Positions 27,670-37,149 are shown, counted from the first letter of the stretch. The stretch: DNA of 64,000 nt from a virus (IMGVR_UViG_2840908651_000002:298-64297), one strand, 5' to 3'. A program made the numbers and translations. The notes: a model not told the origin generated them from the sequence alone.

Positions 27670-28047
27670 ATGGTCGCCCAAGACATGAACATGGCCCGGA
27701 TCGAGGATGCCGCCCAGCTTGCGCACGAGGTCAACCGCGCCTTCTGTGCCAGCATGGGCGATGGCAGCCAGCCCCGTTGGAATGACGCGCCCGACTGGCA
27801 GCGCGAATCCGCCATTCAGGGCGTGCGCCACGCCTTCGAAAACCCGCACGCCAGCCCCGAGGACAGCCACAACAACTGGATGGCGCAGAAGGCGCGCGAC
27901 GGGTGGCGGTTCGGGCTGGTGAAGGACGAGCGCGCCAAGGAACACCCCTGCATGGTGCGCTACGACCAACTCAGCCCCACCGAGCGCGTGAAGGACGCGC
28001 TCTTTCTCGCCGTGGTCCGCACCTACCTGGCGCTGGATCACGGCTGA
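27670..28047 (+). CDS. RyR-domain protein
   Basis: SHNNWMAQK..DGW.FG..KD...K.HPCMV.YDQL...E..KD. Confidence 0.8.
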   Translation: MVAQDMNMARIEDAAQLAHEVNRAFCASMGDGSQPRWNDAPDWQRESAIQGVRHAFENPHASPEDSHNNWMAQKARDGWRFGLVKDERAKEHPCMVRYDQLSPTERVKDALFLAVVRTYLALDHG

Positions 28048-28077
28048 CCGACAGACAGAGAGAGAGGAAACAGCACC

Positions 28078-28338
28078 ATGACCACCACCAAAGGTAAATA
28101 CCGCGTCGGCACGACCTTCAATCCTAGCGGCAACGATGTCGTGGACGAGATCAAGGCGCGCGCCGCCGATCTGATCGACTTCATCGAAAATGAGATCGAC
28201 GTGCCGCCGCACGAAACGCCCAACGAAACGCGCCAGAGCGCGGAAATCGCTCGCCTCAAGGCGTTGGCGCAGACGGAAATCGAAAGCGCGGCCATGTGGG
28301 CGGTCAAGGCCGCCACCAAGCGCAAACCGGGCGAGTGA
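28078..28338 (+). CDS. Acb2/Tad1-like helical-hairpin protein (candidate immune-signal sponge)
   Basis: FNPS...VDEIK..A..LID...RLKALAQTEIESAAMWAVKA. Confidence 0.6.
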   Translation: MTTTKGKYRVGTTFNPSGNDVVDEIKARAADLIDFIENEIDVPPHETPNETRQSAEIARLKALAQTEIESAAMWAVKAATKRKPGE

Positions 28339-28348
28339 GGGCAGTCCG

Positions 28349-28621
28349 ATGAAGCAAGACAGAGACAAGCAACCAGAAACCCGCATCATCCCCGCCTGCA
28401 ACGGCGGGTATGTCGTTGAGCAGGGCTCCGGCGACCCTCGCGTCAGGTCGAACCTCATCGGTGCGTATTCCAGCGCGACCGACCTCATCAAGGCCATGCC
28501 GGAAATTCTCGGCACGGACGGCCTCGACGTGGTCGTGCGCCCGTCGATCAACGTACTGACGGGAAAAGAGGTGTTCGGCGCGCATTGCGCCAACATCCAG
28601 GACGGCTCCGACCTCGTTTAG
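28349..28621 (+). CDS. Hypothetical protein
   Basis: ATG 28349 after GAGGG. Confidence 0.6.
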   Translation: MKQDRDKQPETRIIPACNGGYVVEQGSGDPRVRSNLIGAYSSATDLIKAMPEILGTDGLDVVVRPSINVLTGKEVFGAHCANIQDGSDLV

Positions 28622-28655
28622 CAAGCCCTCGACACCACAGAAAAGGATCAGACTA

Positions 28656-29627
28656 ATGGCTGATGACGACAAGACCACCACCGACGACAACGAGCTTCTG
28701 ACCGAAGAAGAGCGCGCCGCGCTTGACGCGGAAGAAGGCGAAGAGATCGACGGCAGCGCCTCGCTGACCGACGAAGACACCCAGCGCTGGCGTGATGCCG
28801 GATGGGGCGGCGAACCCGCGCCCGCCGAGGAGGATACCGCCCCGTCTGCGCAGGGAGACGACACCACGCAGGCCGCCCAGGGCGACGACACGGTCGCGGC
28901 GCAGCAGGGTGACGATACCGCGCCCTCGGCCCAGCAGCAGGGCGATGGGGACAAGCCGCGCCAGCAGGCTCCCGTGGATACCTCGCAGTATGACAGCGAG
29001 ATCGACGGTCTGCGCCAGCAGGAGCAGGCGTTGCTGGACAAGTATGACGATGGCGACCTGTCGCGCGATGAGCTCAGGGAGCAGCAGGCGGCGCTGCAAG
29101 AGAAGATCGACAGCGCGGTCGAGGGACGCGCCATCGCCCGCAAGCAACTGGCGGACGAGACCGAGCAGTGGAACGACGCGGTATCCAAATACCTCACCGA
29201 CTACGAGGGCCTGAAATCCGAGGGCGTGATCGCAGCGTTCGACGCCGAGGTGCGCGCCGTCACGTCCAACCCCGCGCTCGCCAACCGCAGCTTCAAGGAG
29301 CAACTGGCCATCGCGCACCGCCGTCTTGTCTCGACCGCAGACGACCTCGGCCTCAAGGACGTCCCGCCGATCAAGGGGCAGGAGCCTGCGCCACAGCCAC
29401 AGCCGCAGCCGCAGCAGCAGCGCGCCACCGACCCTCGCGGCGATGATCTGCGCACGCCGCCCAAGACGCTCGCCCGCGTTCCCGCTTCCGACATGAGCGA
29501 CACGGGCGACAGCAAATACGCCGCCTTGCAGCGCGTGGTGGACACCGGCAAGCCAGAAGAGGTCGAGAGGGCTATGGCCCAGCTTTCCGACGAAGAGCGC
29601 GATATCTTCTCGTCCATGATGGTCTGA
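28656..29627 (+). CDS. Scaffolding-like acidic protein
   Basis: Acidic, coiled-coil, located before capsid; C-terminal AMAQLSDEER. Confidence 0.7.
   Translation: MADDDKTTTDDNELLTEEERAALDAEEGEEIDGSASLTDEDTQRWRDAGWGGEPAPAEEDTAPSAQGDDTTQAAQGDDTVAAQQGDDTAPSAQQQGDGDKPRQQAPVDTSQYDSEIDGLRQQEQALLDKYDDGDLSRDELREQQAALQEKIDSAVEGRAIARKQLADETEQWNDAVSKYLTDYEGLKSEGVIAAFDAEVRAVTSNPALANRSFKEQLAIAHRRLVSTADDLGLKDVPPIKGQEPAPQPQPQPQQQRATDPRGDDLRTPPKTLARVPASDMSDTGDSKYAALQRVVDTGKPEEVERAMAQLSDEERDIFSSMMV
28851..28931 (+). repeat. 27-nt tandem repeat (QGDDT x3) in scaffold gene
   Basis: CAGGGNGACGAYAC at 28851, 28878, 28905. Confidence 0.8.
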
Positions 29628-29658
29628 TCGGGCCGAACGAAAGAAAGGGAGGCGCCGA

Positions 29659-29862
29659 ATGCTGGTGCTCAGGCTGAAAGCGTCGGACCGCGTGCAGGTC
29701 GGCGACCTGGTCTTCGAGATCAAGGAAGCGGCGGCAGGGCGTGTCCGTATCGCGTTCGGCGCTCCAAAATCCATCCCGATCCACAACGATACGAGCGGCG
29801 GCCCACCCGTGTTCGACCTCGACGAGCCGGAAGGAGGCATCACGCTGCATTCGCTCGAGTGA
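29659..29862 (+). CDS. CsrA/RsmA-fold RNA-binding protein (divergent)
   Basis: MLVL......V.VGD..........VRIA..APK.I.IH aligns with CsrA MLIL..........IGD...........VRIG..APK.V.VHR; RBS GGGAGG. Confidence 0.75.
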   Translation: MLVLRLKASDRVQVGDLVFEIKEAAAGRVRIAFGAPKSIPIHNDTSGGPPVFDLDEPEGGITLHSLE

Positions 29863-29893
29863 TCGAGGTATCACCCGATGGACGGAGACTGAT

Positions 29894-29921
29894 GGGGGCG
29901 TGATCTGCGCCCCCTTTTCTT
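29894..29921 (+). terminator. Intrinsic terminator ending the portal-scaffold-csrA unit
   Basis: GGGGGCG...CGCCCCC then TTTTCTT. Confidence 0.8.
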
Positions 29922-29930
29922 GTGACACAA

Positions 29931-29969
29931 CATATGGTATGCGTTTAACAGCTAGAGCGCATGATGTGC
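29931..29969 (+). promoter_or_regulatory. Late promoter box plus leader hairpin (capsid)
   Basis: CATATGGTATG-N15-GCGCA TGA TGTGC. Confidence 0.7.
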
Positions 29970-30006
29970 CTATGCAGGTCGTTCAAAACCCGCATGAGGA
30001 AACATT

Positions 30007-31101
30007 ATGCCCCAGACCATCATCCCCTTTGGCGACGTCAAGGCCCAGAAGAAGTGGTCCTCGAACCTCGCCGTCGACGTCCTCCACAAGAGCTACTTTT
30101 CCAAGAAGTTCATCGGCAAGGGCGACAACAACATCATCGAGCAGAAGACCGAGCTTGAATCGGACAAGGGCGAGAAGATCAGCTTCGACCTGTCCGTCCA
30201 GCTTCGCGGTGGCCCGACGCAGGGCGATGCCCGCGTGAAGGGCAAGGAAGAGAACCTGCGCTTCTACTCGGACGAGGTCATCATCGACCAGACGCGCAAA
30301 TCGGTCTCCGCTGGCGGCCGCATGACTCGGAAGCGCACCGCGCACGACATGCGCGTCGTCGCCAAGAACCGCCTCGGCGACTACTGGTCGAAGTACATCG
30401 ACGAGCTCATGTTCATCTACCTTTCCGGCTCGCGCGGGATCAACGAGGATTACATCGAGCCGACGGACTTCACCGGGCACGCGGGCAACCCGATCCAGGC
30501 GCCCGACACCCAGCACATCCTCTACGGCGGCGATGCGGTGTCCAAGGCCACCATCGTGGCGGCGGACAAGATGACCCGCAACGTCATCGAGCGTGCCTGC
30601 ACCAAGGCCCGCATGATGCGCGCCCTCGACCCCACCACCGCGAACATGATGCCGGTCTCCATCGAGGGCGAGGACCGTTACGTCACGGTCATGTCGCCCA
30701 ACCAGGAGCAGGACCTTCGCACGGATGAAGGCAACGGCTGGCTCGACGTCCAGAAGGCCGCCGCTGCCGCCGAGGGATCGAAGAACCGCATCTTCAAGGG
30801 CGGCCTGGGCATGATCAACAACGTGATCCTGCACAGCCACGAGAGCGCCATCCGGTTCAGCGACTATGGAACCGGCTCCGATCTCCCCGCCGCGCGGGCG
30901 CTCTTCATGGGCCGGCAGGCCGGTGTCTGCGCCTACGGCACCACCAAGGGCCAGCGGTTCATGTGGAAGGAAGAAATGGAGGACTACGATAACGAGCCGA
31001 CCGTCGTGGCGGGCACCATCGTTGGGTGCAAGAAGACCCGCTTCAACGGCAAGGACTTCGGGATCATGGCCCTCGACACCTACGCCACCCCGGCTGGCTG
31101 A
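30007..31101 (+). CDS. Major capsid protein (N4-gp56 / DUF4043 type)
   Basis: TELESDKGEKISFDL..QL..., GKEENL....DEVIIDQTR, F.G.DFG. Confidence 0.92.
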   Translation: MPQTIIPFGDVKAQKKWSSNLAVDVLHKSYFSKKFIGKGDNNIIEQKTELESDKGEKISFDLSVQLRGGPTQGDARVKGKEENLRFYSDEVIIDQTRKSVSAGGRMTRKRTAHDMRVVAKNRLGDYWSKYIDELMFIYLSGSRGINEDYIEPTDFTGHAGNPIQAPDTQHILYGGDAVSKATIVAADKMTRNVIERACTKARMMRALDPTTANMMPVSIEGEDRYVTVMSPNQEQDLRTDEGNGWLDVQKAAAAAEGSKNRIFKGGLGMINNVILHSHESAIRFSDYGTGSDLPAARALFMGRQAGVCAYGTTKGQRFMWKEEMEDYDNEPTVVAGTIVGCKKTRFNGKDFGIMALDTYATPAG

Positions 31102-31169
31102 TGTGACTGAGGCGGGCGCGTGGAGCGCCCGCTTCGCTACGTAAACCGGACTGAAACAGGATCAGACCC

Positions 31170-31610
31170 ATGCTCCAGCAAAACGATTTCGCATATGGCC
31201 GCGCCCAGCAGCCCGTCGGCTACGCCTTCGGCGTCGTCTGCGCCGCCATCCTCACCCACGAGTTCACCGAGGATTTCACCGCCGCGTCGGACGTCCTCGA
31301 GCTCGGCTTCCTGCCCGGCGGTGCGCAGGTCATCGGCGCGACCCTCATCGGCGAAGGGCTCGGCGTGATCACCGCCGATATCGGCACGATGGACGGCAAG
31401 GCGGGCGAGAACGACGCCACCCGCGCGCTCACCACCGACCTGCTCTTCGATGCCGTCTCCGTGAACGATGCCGAAAATGCCGCCACCGTGCTCAACTGCC
31501 TCGGGATCGCGCGCGCCGCGGACCATCGCGGGATCGGGGCCACTCTGAGCGGCGACGTGGCTGCGGGGGCGGGCAAGAAGATCACCGTCGTCCTCCAATA
31601 CATCTACTGA
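31170..31610 (+). CDS. Putative capsid decoration/cement protein
   Basis: Beta-rich, D.LELG.LP.GA.V; follows capsid. Confidence 0.65.
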   Translation: MLQQNDFAYGRAQQPVGYAFGVVCAAILTHEFTEDFTAASDVLELGFLPGGAQVIGATLIGEGLGVITADIGTMDGKAGENDATRALTTDLLFDAVSVNDAENAATVLNCLGIARAADHRGIGATLSGDVAAGAGKKITVVLQYIY

Positions 31611-31645
31611 TCCCGCGCGGATCGAAACCAAAAGGGAGAAGCAAG

Positions 31646-32119
31646 ATGCTGATCGTCTCCAAGATTCAGCGCACCGGTGGCAGCCGCGTGACAGTGGGCG
31701 GCTCTGATTACCATTTCGAGCCGCGCGGCCCGAAGGGAGAGCATGTCGCCGAGGTCGAAAACGAGGCGCACATCAAGCGCCTCCTTTCCGTCCCCGAGGG
31801 GTTCGAACCCTACGACCCCGGTGAGGCCAAGGACATCATGCCGGACCCGGACCCGGAGCCAACGCCCGAAGAACGCCTTGAATCGGCGATCGAGCCCGAT
31901 GGCAACGATGAGGGCGTCGATGACGGCGACGACGACACCGCTGAAGACAGCCTCGAGAACAACGTCGAGCCCGACCAGGACGACGGCCTCGAGGATATGT
32001 CCGACCTCGATCTGTCGCACGCCTACAAGGACGAGTTCGACGCCATGCCGCGCAAGAACATGAAGCGCGAAACCATTATCCGGCACATCCGCAAGGCGCG
32101 CGCCGACGCTGAAATCTGA
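31646..32119 (+). CDS. Hypothetical protein with acidic linker and small C-terminal helical domain
   Basis: 157 aa, RBS GGGAG. Confidence 0.75.
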   Translation: MLIVSKIQRTGGSRVTVGGSDYHFEPRGPKGEHVAEVENEAHIKRLLSVPEGFEPYDPGEAKDIMPDPDPEPTPEERLESAIEPDGNDEGVDDGDDDTAEDSLENNVEPDQDDGLEDMSDLDLSHAYKDEFDAMPRKNMKRETIIRHIRKARADAEI

Positions 32120-32127
32120 GGTTTCAC

Positions 32128-32826
32128 ATGCCCGCGCTCATTGCCAAAGACGTCCTTGAGCGCGCGCAGACGCTCCTGCAAGACCCAAACGGCACGCACT
32201 GGCCACTCCCCGAGTTGGCCAGTGCGCTCAATGACGCCCTTCTCGAAATCTGCCTCACGAAGCCGTCGGCCTGCGCCGAAACGGTCGTCCTGTCATTGCA
32301 GGAAGGCACATGGCAGACGCTCGATGCGGGGCAGACCCAACTCCTGCGCGTCGTGCGCAACATCACCAGTGGGGCCGGTGACGCCGTTCGCACCTCCAAC
32401 CTGGCGATCACGCCCATCGAGCGGGACGCGCTCGACAACCAGATACCCGACTGGCACGACGCGACACGGCACCCGGCCTCGGCGACCGTCCTGCATGTCA
32501 TGACGGACCCGATGAACCCCACCGATTTCTACGTCTACCCGGCCAACGACGGCAATGGGCAGATCGAAGCGATGGTGGCGGTCGAGCCGACGTCTGTCTC
32601 AATCCCCGGCGTGGGGCCGGACGTGCTGACCAACTACACCGACGAGGTCGATATCTCGCCCATCTACAAGTCGGCGCTGATTGACTACATCCTCTACCAG
32701 TCTCACGCCAAGGACATGCAGATGGCCGGCGCATCGCAGCGTGCGATGGCGCATTACCAGTCGTTCCTGTCGAAGCTCGGGGTGCGTCGCAAGGTCGAGG
32801 CCGTGGCCACCCCGGATTCCGCATGA
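32128..32826 (+). CDS. Head-tail adaptor (DUF6682-like)
   Basis: L.RA..LLQD....W...EL...LNDA; FYVYP; AL.DYILY. Confidence 0.75.
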   Translation: MPALIAKDVLERAQTLLQDPNGTHWPLPELASALNDALLEICLTKPSACAETVVLSLQEGTWQTLDAGQTQLLRVVRNITSGAGDAVRTSNLAITPIERDALDNQIPDWHDATRHPASATVLHVMTDPMNPTDFYVYPANDGNGQIEAMVAVEPTSVSIPGVGPDVLTNYTDEVDISPIYKSALIDYILYQSHAKDMQMAGASQRAMAHYQSFLSKLGVRRKVEAVATPDSA

Positions 32827-32851
32827 AGCGCAAACCGAAGCAGGGGGCGCA

Positions 32852-33511
32852 ATGTCGAGCACCATCAACCTGATCGAGTTCCTGCCGCTGGTGCGGCCGC
32901 ACGCGCCCGGCGCGGCGATCCCCAACATGACGCAGGCGCTTCGCAAGGCAGCGATCGAGTTCTGCGAGAAAACCCGGTGCTGGCGCTACCGCGTCAACGT
33001 GCAGGTCACGCGCCAGGATTACCCCGTGGTGACGCCCGCTTATGCGGAGATCCACGAGATCGAGCGCGCCGAGTTCGATGGCAACCGCCTCACCCCGGTC
33101 GAATACGATGATCTGACCTTCCAGGAGCTTTCGCAGGCCGAGGCGGGCGTGCCGCACCTCATCACCCAGATGACCTATGACCAGGTCGCCATCGTGCCGT
33201 TTGCCACGGGCTCTTTGTCCCTTTCTCTGTTCCTCAAGCCCCGGCACGGGGACAATATGACCACCGGCACCGATGGCCTGCCGTCGAATTTTTACGATCT
33301 GGTGCCCGAGGTCTTGTATTCGCGCTTCGGGGAGACCATCGCATCGGGCGCGATCGCACGCCTTCTCATCATCCCGCAGCAGCCGTTCACCAACCTCGAT
33401 CTGGCCGCCGTGCATCAGGCGAAATTCGAGGACGGCGTGAGCCGGTTCAACGCGGCCAACGTACGCGGACAGCACCGCGCCCGCCCGCGCGTCCGCGCAA
33501 GCTGGTTTTGA
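32852..33511 (+). CDS. Second adaptor / tail tubular protein
   Basis: FLP.V.P..PG......ALR.AAIEFCEKT.CWR; IASGA.ARL. Confidence 0.7.
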   Translation: MSSTINLIEFLPLVRPHAPGAAIPNMTQALRKAAIEFCEKTRCWRYRVNVQVTRQDYPVVTPAYAEIHEIERAEFDGNRLTPVEYDDLTFQELSQAEAGVPHLITQMTYDQVAIVPFATGSLSLSLFLKPRHGDNMTTGTDGLPSNFYDLVPEVLYSRFGETIASGAIARLLIIPQQPFTNLDLAAVHQAKFEDGVSRFNAANVRGQHRARPRVRASWF

Positions 33512-33523
33512 GGTGGCCGCTCC

Positions 33524-35317
33524 ATGAGACTGCGCTTCACCACGTTCCAGGGCGAGCTCCCCCGGCTGCACAAGACGCTCCTGCCCGATGGCGCGGCACA
33601 GGTGGCGCTCGACACCAACCACGAACGCGGAACACTCAAATCGCTCCATGACGATCTCGCTCTGCACGACGCGAGCCCGTCCGTGCCTGCGGATTTCTAC
33701 CTGCACAACGGCACGTCCTGGCTCACCTTCTCCAAGAACGTCGATGTCGTGCCCGGGCCCGTCGCCGATGATCGTCTTTACATCACCTATGATGATGGTT
33801 CTGCCCCGATCATGAAGGACATGAGCGACGGCGGCGCGGAGTATCCGCTGGCTCTGCCGACCCCGTCCGCAGCGCCGATCACGAGCATCGAGACCGCGTC
33901 GCAGGACGCCACCTATGGCGACCCTCAAACGCCTTACGATCCGGGTCTGACCAATACCGAGTTCATCACCGCGCTCTACAACGACGTGCTGGGCCGCGAC
34001 CCCGATGCCGCCGGTCTGGCCTTCTGGGTGGGGCTTCTGGACGATGGATCGCTTACGCGCGAGGAAATAATCGACGAGTTTGCGAGTCGCGTGCCGCCCT
34101 CAACATCGCTGCCGCAGGAAGACCGAATCTACGTCTATACCTGGGTGTCCTCTTTCGACGAAGAAAGCCTGCCAAGCCCGCCCAGCACGTCGCTCACGGT
34201 GATCGAGGGAAGCACGGTCAACGTCTCCTTCATCGACCAGCCGCCCAGTGGCAGCCGGATCAACCGACTGCGCGTCTATGTCAGCCAGACCACCGCGCTC
34301 GGGGCCACGGAGTTCTTCTTCATCAAGGAGTTCGACATCGGTGTGACCGCCTACGTCCATGATTTCGAGACGGACCCGCTGCAAGAGCTTCTGCCGAGCG
34401 CATCCTACGATCCTCCCGTCACGGGCCTCGAGGGTGTCACGCGGATGCAGTCGGGGATGATGGCGGCGTTCAAGGGCAAGTCGGTGTATTTTTGCGAGCC
34501 ATACCGGCCCCACGCATGGCCCCAGAGGTACGAGCTTCTGACCGAGAACGATGTCGTGGGTCTCGTTGCTTTCGGGTCCATGTTGGCCGTCCTGACCACC
34601 GGTGAGCCCTACATCGTGCAGGGGACAGCACCGGAAAACCTCATCATGGAGCGGATCGAGCAGAACGCCCCGTGCGTGTCGGCAGACGGGATTGTCGATC
34701 TCGGCTATGCTGCGGCCTATCCCAGCACGGACGGACTCATCACCCTATCGCAATCGAGCGGCGCACAGAACATCACGCGCGGGCTCTTCGAGCGGGACCA
34801 GTGGCGGGAGTTGAAACCAGAAACGTTCAGCGCGGGCGCACGGGACGGGGCCTATGTGTTCAGCTTCGATCCCGGCGACGGCGGCGGGCGTCAGACGGCC
34901 ATGATCGCGCTCAATGCGCAGCAACCCAGCTATGTCCGCACGTCCAACGGCGCGGACAAGCTCAGGTTCGACGTCTACACCGGCAACCTGCACTACATCG
35001 ACGGCTCGAGCATCATCAAGGAGTTCGCCAGCACGCAGGCCGGGTATCTGGCCGTCGATTGGCAGTCCAGGCAGGCGCACCTGCCGACACTGACCAGCTT
35101 TGCCGCGATCCTCGTAGAGGGAGAGGAATTGGCCGACCCATCAGGGTTCGAGGCGACTGTCTACCGCGATGGGGTAGAGCACACCACCATCACGACCCTG
35201 GGCGAGCCCGCCCGCCTTGCGTCGGGCCTCGGGCGGCGCTGGTCCGTGCGCGTGAAGGGGAAGGTCGAGATCACGCGGATCACGCTCGCGGGAGACATGA
35301 CGGAAATCTGGGGGTGA
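33524..35317 (+). CDS. Tail nozzle / tubular-B-like protein with DUF4214-like insert
   Basis: F.GELPR...LLP; R.YVYTWV...EES.PS; F.EPY.PHAWP; insert at about 33950-34090. Confidence 0.75.
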   Translation: MRLRFTTFQGELPRLHKTLLPDGAAQVALDTNHERGTLKSLHDDLALHDASPSVPADFYLHNGTSWLTFSKNVDVVPGPVADDRLYITYDDGSAPIMKDMSDGGAEYPLALPTPSAAPITSIETASQDATYGDPQTPYDPGLTNTEFITALYNDVLGRDPDAAGLAFWVGLLDDGSLTREEIIDEFASRVPPSTSLPQEDRIYVYTWVSSFDEESLPSPPSTSLTVIEGSTVNVSFIDQPPSGSRINRLRVYVSQTTALGATEFFFIKEFDIGVTAYVHDFETDPLQELLPSASYDPPVTGLEGVTRMQSGMMAAFKGKSVYFCEPYRPHAWPQRYELLTENDVVGLVAFGSMLAVLTTGEPYIVQGTAPENLIMERIEQNAPCVSADGIVDLGYAAAYPSTDGLITLSQSSGAQNITRGLFERDQWRELKPETFSAGARDGAYVFSFDPGDGGGRQTAMIALNAQQPSYVRTSNGADKLRFDVYTGNLHYIDGSSIIKEFASTQAGYLAVDWQSRQAHLPTLTSFAAILVEGEELADPSGFEATVYRDGVEHTTITTLGEPARLASGLGRRWSVRVKGKVEITRITLAGDMTEIWG

Positions 35318-35320
35318 GCC

Positions 35321-36529
35321 ATGAACAACCGCCAGCAGCGTGATGTCGAGCGCCTGACAGGCCGCCGCCGCGACACGGCACAGCGGGCGATCCTGTGGTC
35401 CGAGCTCGAAACCCTTGCACAGAAGCTCTCGGGGATGCTCAGGACGCAGAAGGCCGCCAAGGTCATAGCGGAGCAACTGGACGGAACCTCTCTCAGCGAA
35501 ACAGCGATCAACCGCTCCAACGCGATCCGTGAGGTCAACCAGCTTATCGACAGCACCAACGAGTTCATCGCGAACGAGGCGGCGCGGCTCGATGCGTCCG
35601 ACCAGGCAATCATCGACACGAACATTGCCGCGGTCGAGGTGCGGCTTGATGACGCCGAGGTTGCCGTTCAGGACGAGATCACCGCGCGCACCGACGGGGA
35701 CACCGCGCTCGGACAGCAGATCACGACGGTCGAGGCCAACCTTGCCGCCGCCGAAGCGAACGTCACGCAGAACGCCAGTGCGATCGCGACCATCGAGGGA
35801 TTTCAGGCGGCAACCTATTCGCTACGGGTGGACGCGGGAGATGCCGAAGGCTCCCTCGAGCTTGTCGCCGCCGACGATCCGATCAACGGTCCCGCCAGCG
35901 CCGTGCGGATCAGGGCCGACAACATCCTTCTCGATGGCACAGTTCTTGCTCATCACATCGACGTGGCGTCTCTGGCTGCCGATGTGGGTTTTATCGGAGA
36001 GCTCACGACCAACACCGCGTTCATCGGCGATCTGACCGCGCAGACCGCGTTCATCCAGGACATCCAGGCTATCGACATTTCCGCCGACCGGATCACCAGC
36101 GGAAAGGTGGGGACTGATTTCATCGACTTTGACGGAACATCGCTGTCGAAGGACCCCGTGACCGGCTACCTGCAAGTAGCGGTCGAAGGCATCCAGACCT
36201 TCAACATCAAGCCCCAGGAGGTGACGACCGGCGGGTTTTCCGCGAACGGATCGGACTTCAACTTCACTGGCGTCGCCGGAGCGAAAGCGATGATTTGGGC
36301 CGCGGCGCAAGAAATAAACGGCGACCCGAATGGGGAAGCTGAAATCCGGCTTAATGGCACAACACTGGTTACAATTCCAGTCCCGCCGAGCACGGTTGTT
36401 TCGTTCTTTGCTTTCTCCAATCCGTCCGGAGCGGGCTCCGTAACAAGTGGCTCAAATACGGTCAGCCTGTTCATAAGTGGCGGCAGCGTGGAGAAACGCA
36501 ACCTCATGGCCCTACAGGCAAAGGTTTAG
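35321..36529 (+). CDS. Tail tip / host-specificity J-like C-terminal region protein
   Basis: E.TAR...D.AL...ITTV.A coiled coil; IRADNILLDG; ISADRITSG. Confidence 0.65.
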   Translation: MNNRQQRDVERLTGRRRDTAQRAILWSELETLAQKLSGMLRTQKAAKVIAEQLDGTSLSETAINRSNAIREVNQLIDSTNEFIANEAARLDASDQAIIDTNIAAVEVRLDDAEVAVQDEITARTDGDTALGQQITTVEANLAAAEANVTQNASAIATIEGFQAATYSLRVDAGDAEGSLELVAADDPINGPASAVRIRADNILLDGTVLAHHIDVASLAADVGFIGELTTNTAFIGDLTAQTAFIQDIQAIDISADRITSGKVGTDFIDFDGTSLSKDPVTGYLQVAVEGIQTFNIKPQEVTTGGFSANGSDFNFTGVAGAKAMIWAAAQEINGDPNGEAEIRLNGTTLVTIPVPPSTVVSFFAFSNPSGAGSVTSGSNTVSLFISGGSVEKRNLMALQAKV

Positions 36530-36531
36530 CC

Positions 36532-37122
36532 ATGACACTCGGAACGCATGTCACAGTCTATGATGCCGCAGGCGAAATCCTGCGCTGCGTCGCGGTGTTC
36601 GACCCGCGCGATGCGTCGATACAGGCCAAGGAAGGCGAGTTCTGGCTGCTTGGCAAGTCGGACCCTAAGCGCGACCGCGTCAATGCGGGCGTCATCGTGC
36701 GCAAGACAGCGGCTGAAATCGAGGTCATCGAATTTGCAGAGGCTTTGCCATCCGCAAAGCGCGAGATTGTCCTGCTGGTTCGCCAGAAGCGCCTCGAGTT
36801 CATCACGGATTTGCCCGCGCAGGTCGAGGTCTACAAAAAGAAGGAGGCCGAGGCTCGTGCCTATCTCGTCGACCCCGCGCCCGATCTGGCCGATTACCCC
36901 CGGCTCTCCGACGAGATAGGCATTACCGCCCCAACCGCGCAGGACTTGGCCACGCTCTGGGTGGCGATGGCCGACGCATGGGATGCGGCGGATCGCACCG
37001 TGGAGCGCGCACGCATGGAGGCGAAGGCTGCGCTTGCGGGCGCCACCACAACCGCTGAAGTGGACGCGGCCATGACGGCGCTGCGCGTGGCGCTCGACGC
37101 CGTCCAGCCGCCCGACCTTTGA
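36532..37122 (+). CDS. Tail fibre assembly-like protein
   Basis: Q..VY..K..EA.AY; follows tail tip gene. Confidence 0.6.
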   Translation: MTLGTHVTVYDAAGEILRCVAVFDPRDASIQAKEGEFWLLGKSDPKRDRVNAGVIVRKTAAEIEVIEFAEALPSAKREIVLLVRQKRLEFITDLPAQVEVYKKKEAEARAYLVDPAPDLADYPRLSDEIGITAPTAQDLATLWVAMADAWDAADRTVERARMEAKAALAGATTTAEVDAAMTALRVALDAVQPPDL

Positions 37123-37149
37123 AAAGCGCGTCCTTTCCCGCCCGGCCTA

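Noticed and set aside
35321-36529. Second DGR target in the other tail protein (its 3' end is lower in GC)
   Set aside because: No TR-like sequence or GFR-type CLec ending seen by eye; the lower GC more likely reflects a swapped module. A BLASTn of TR against the whole genome would settle it
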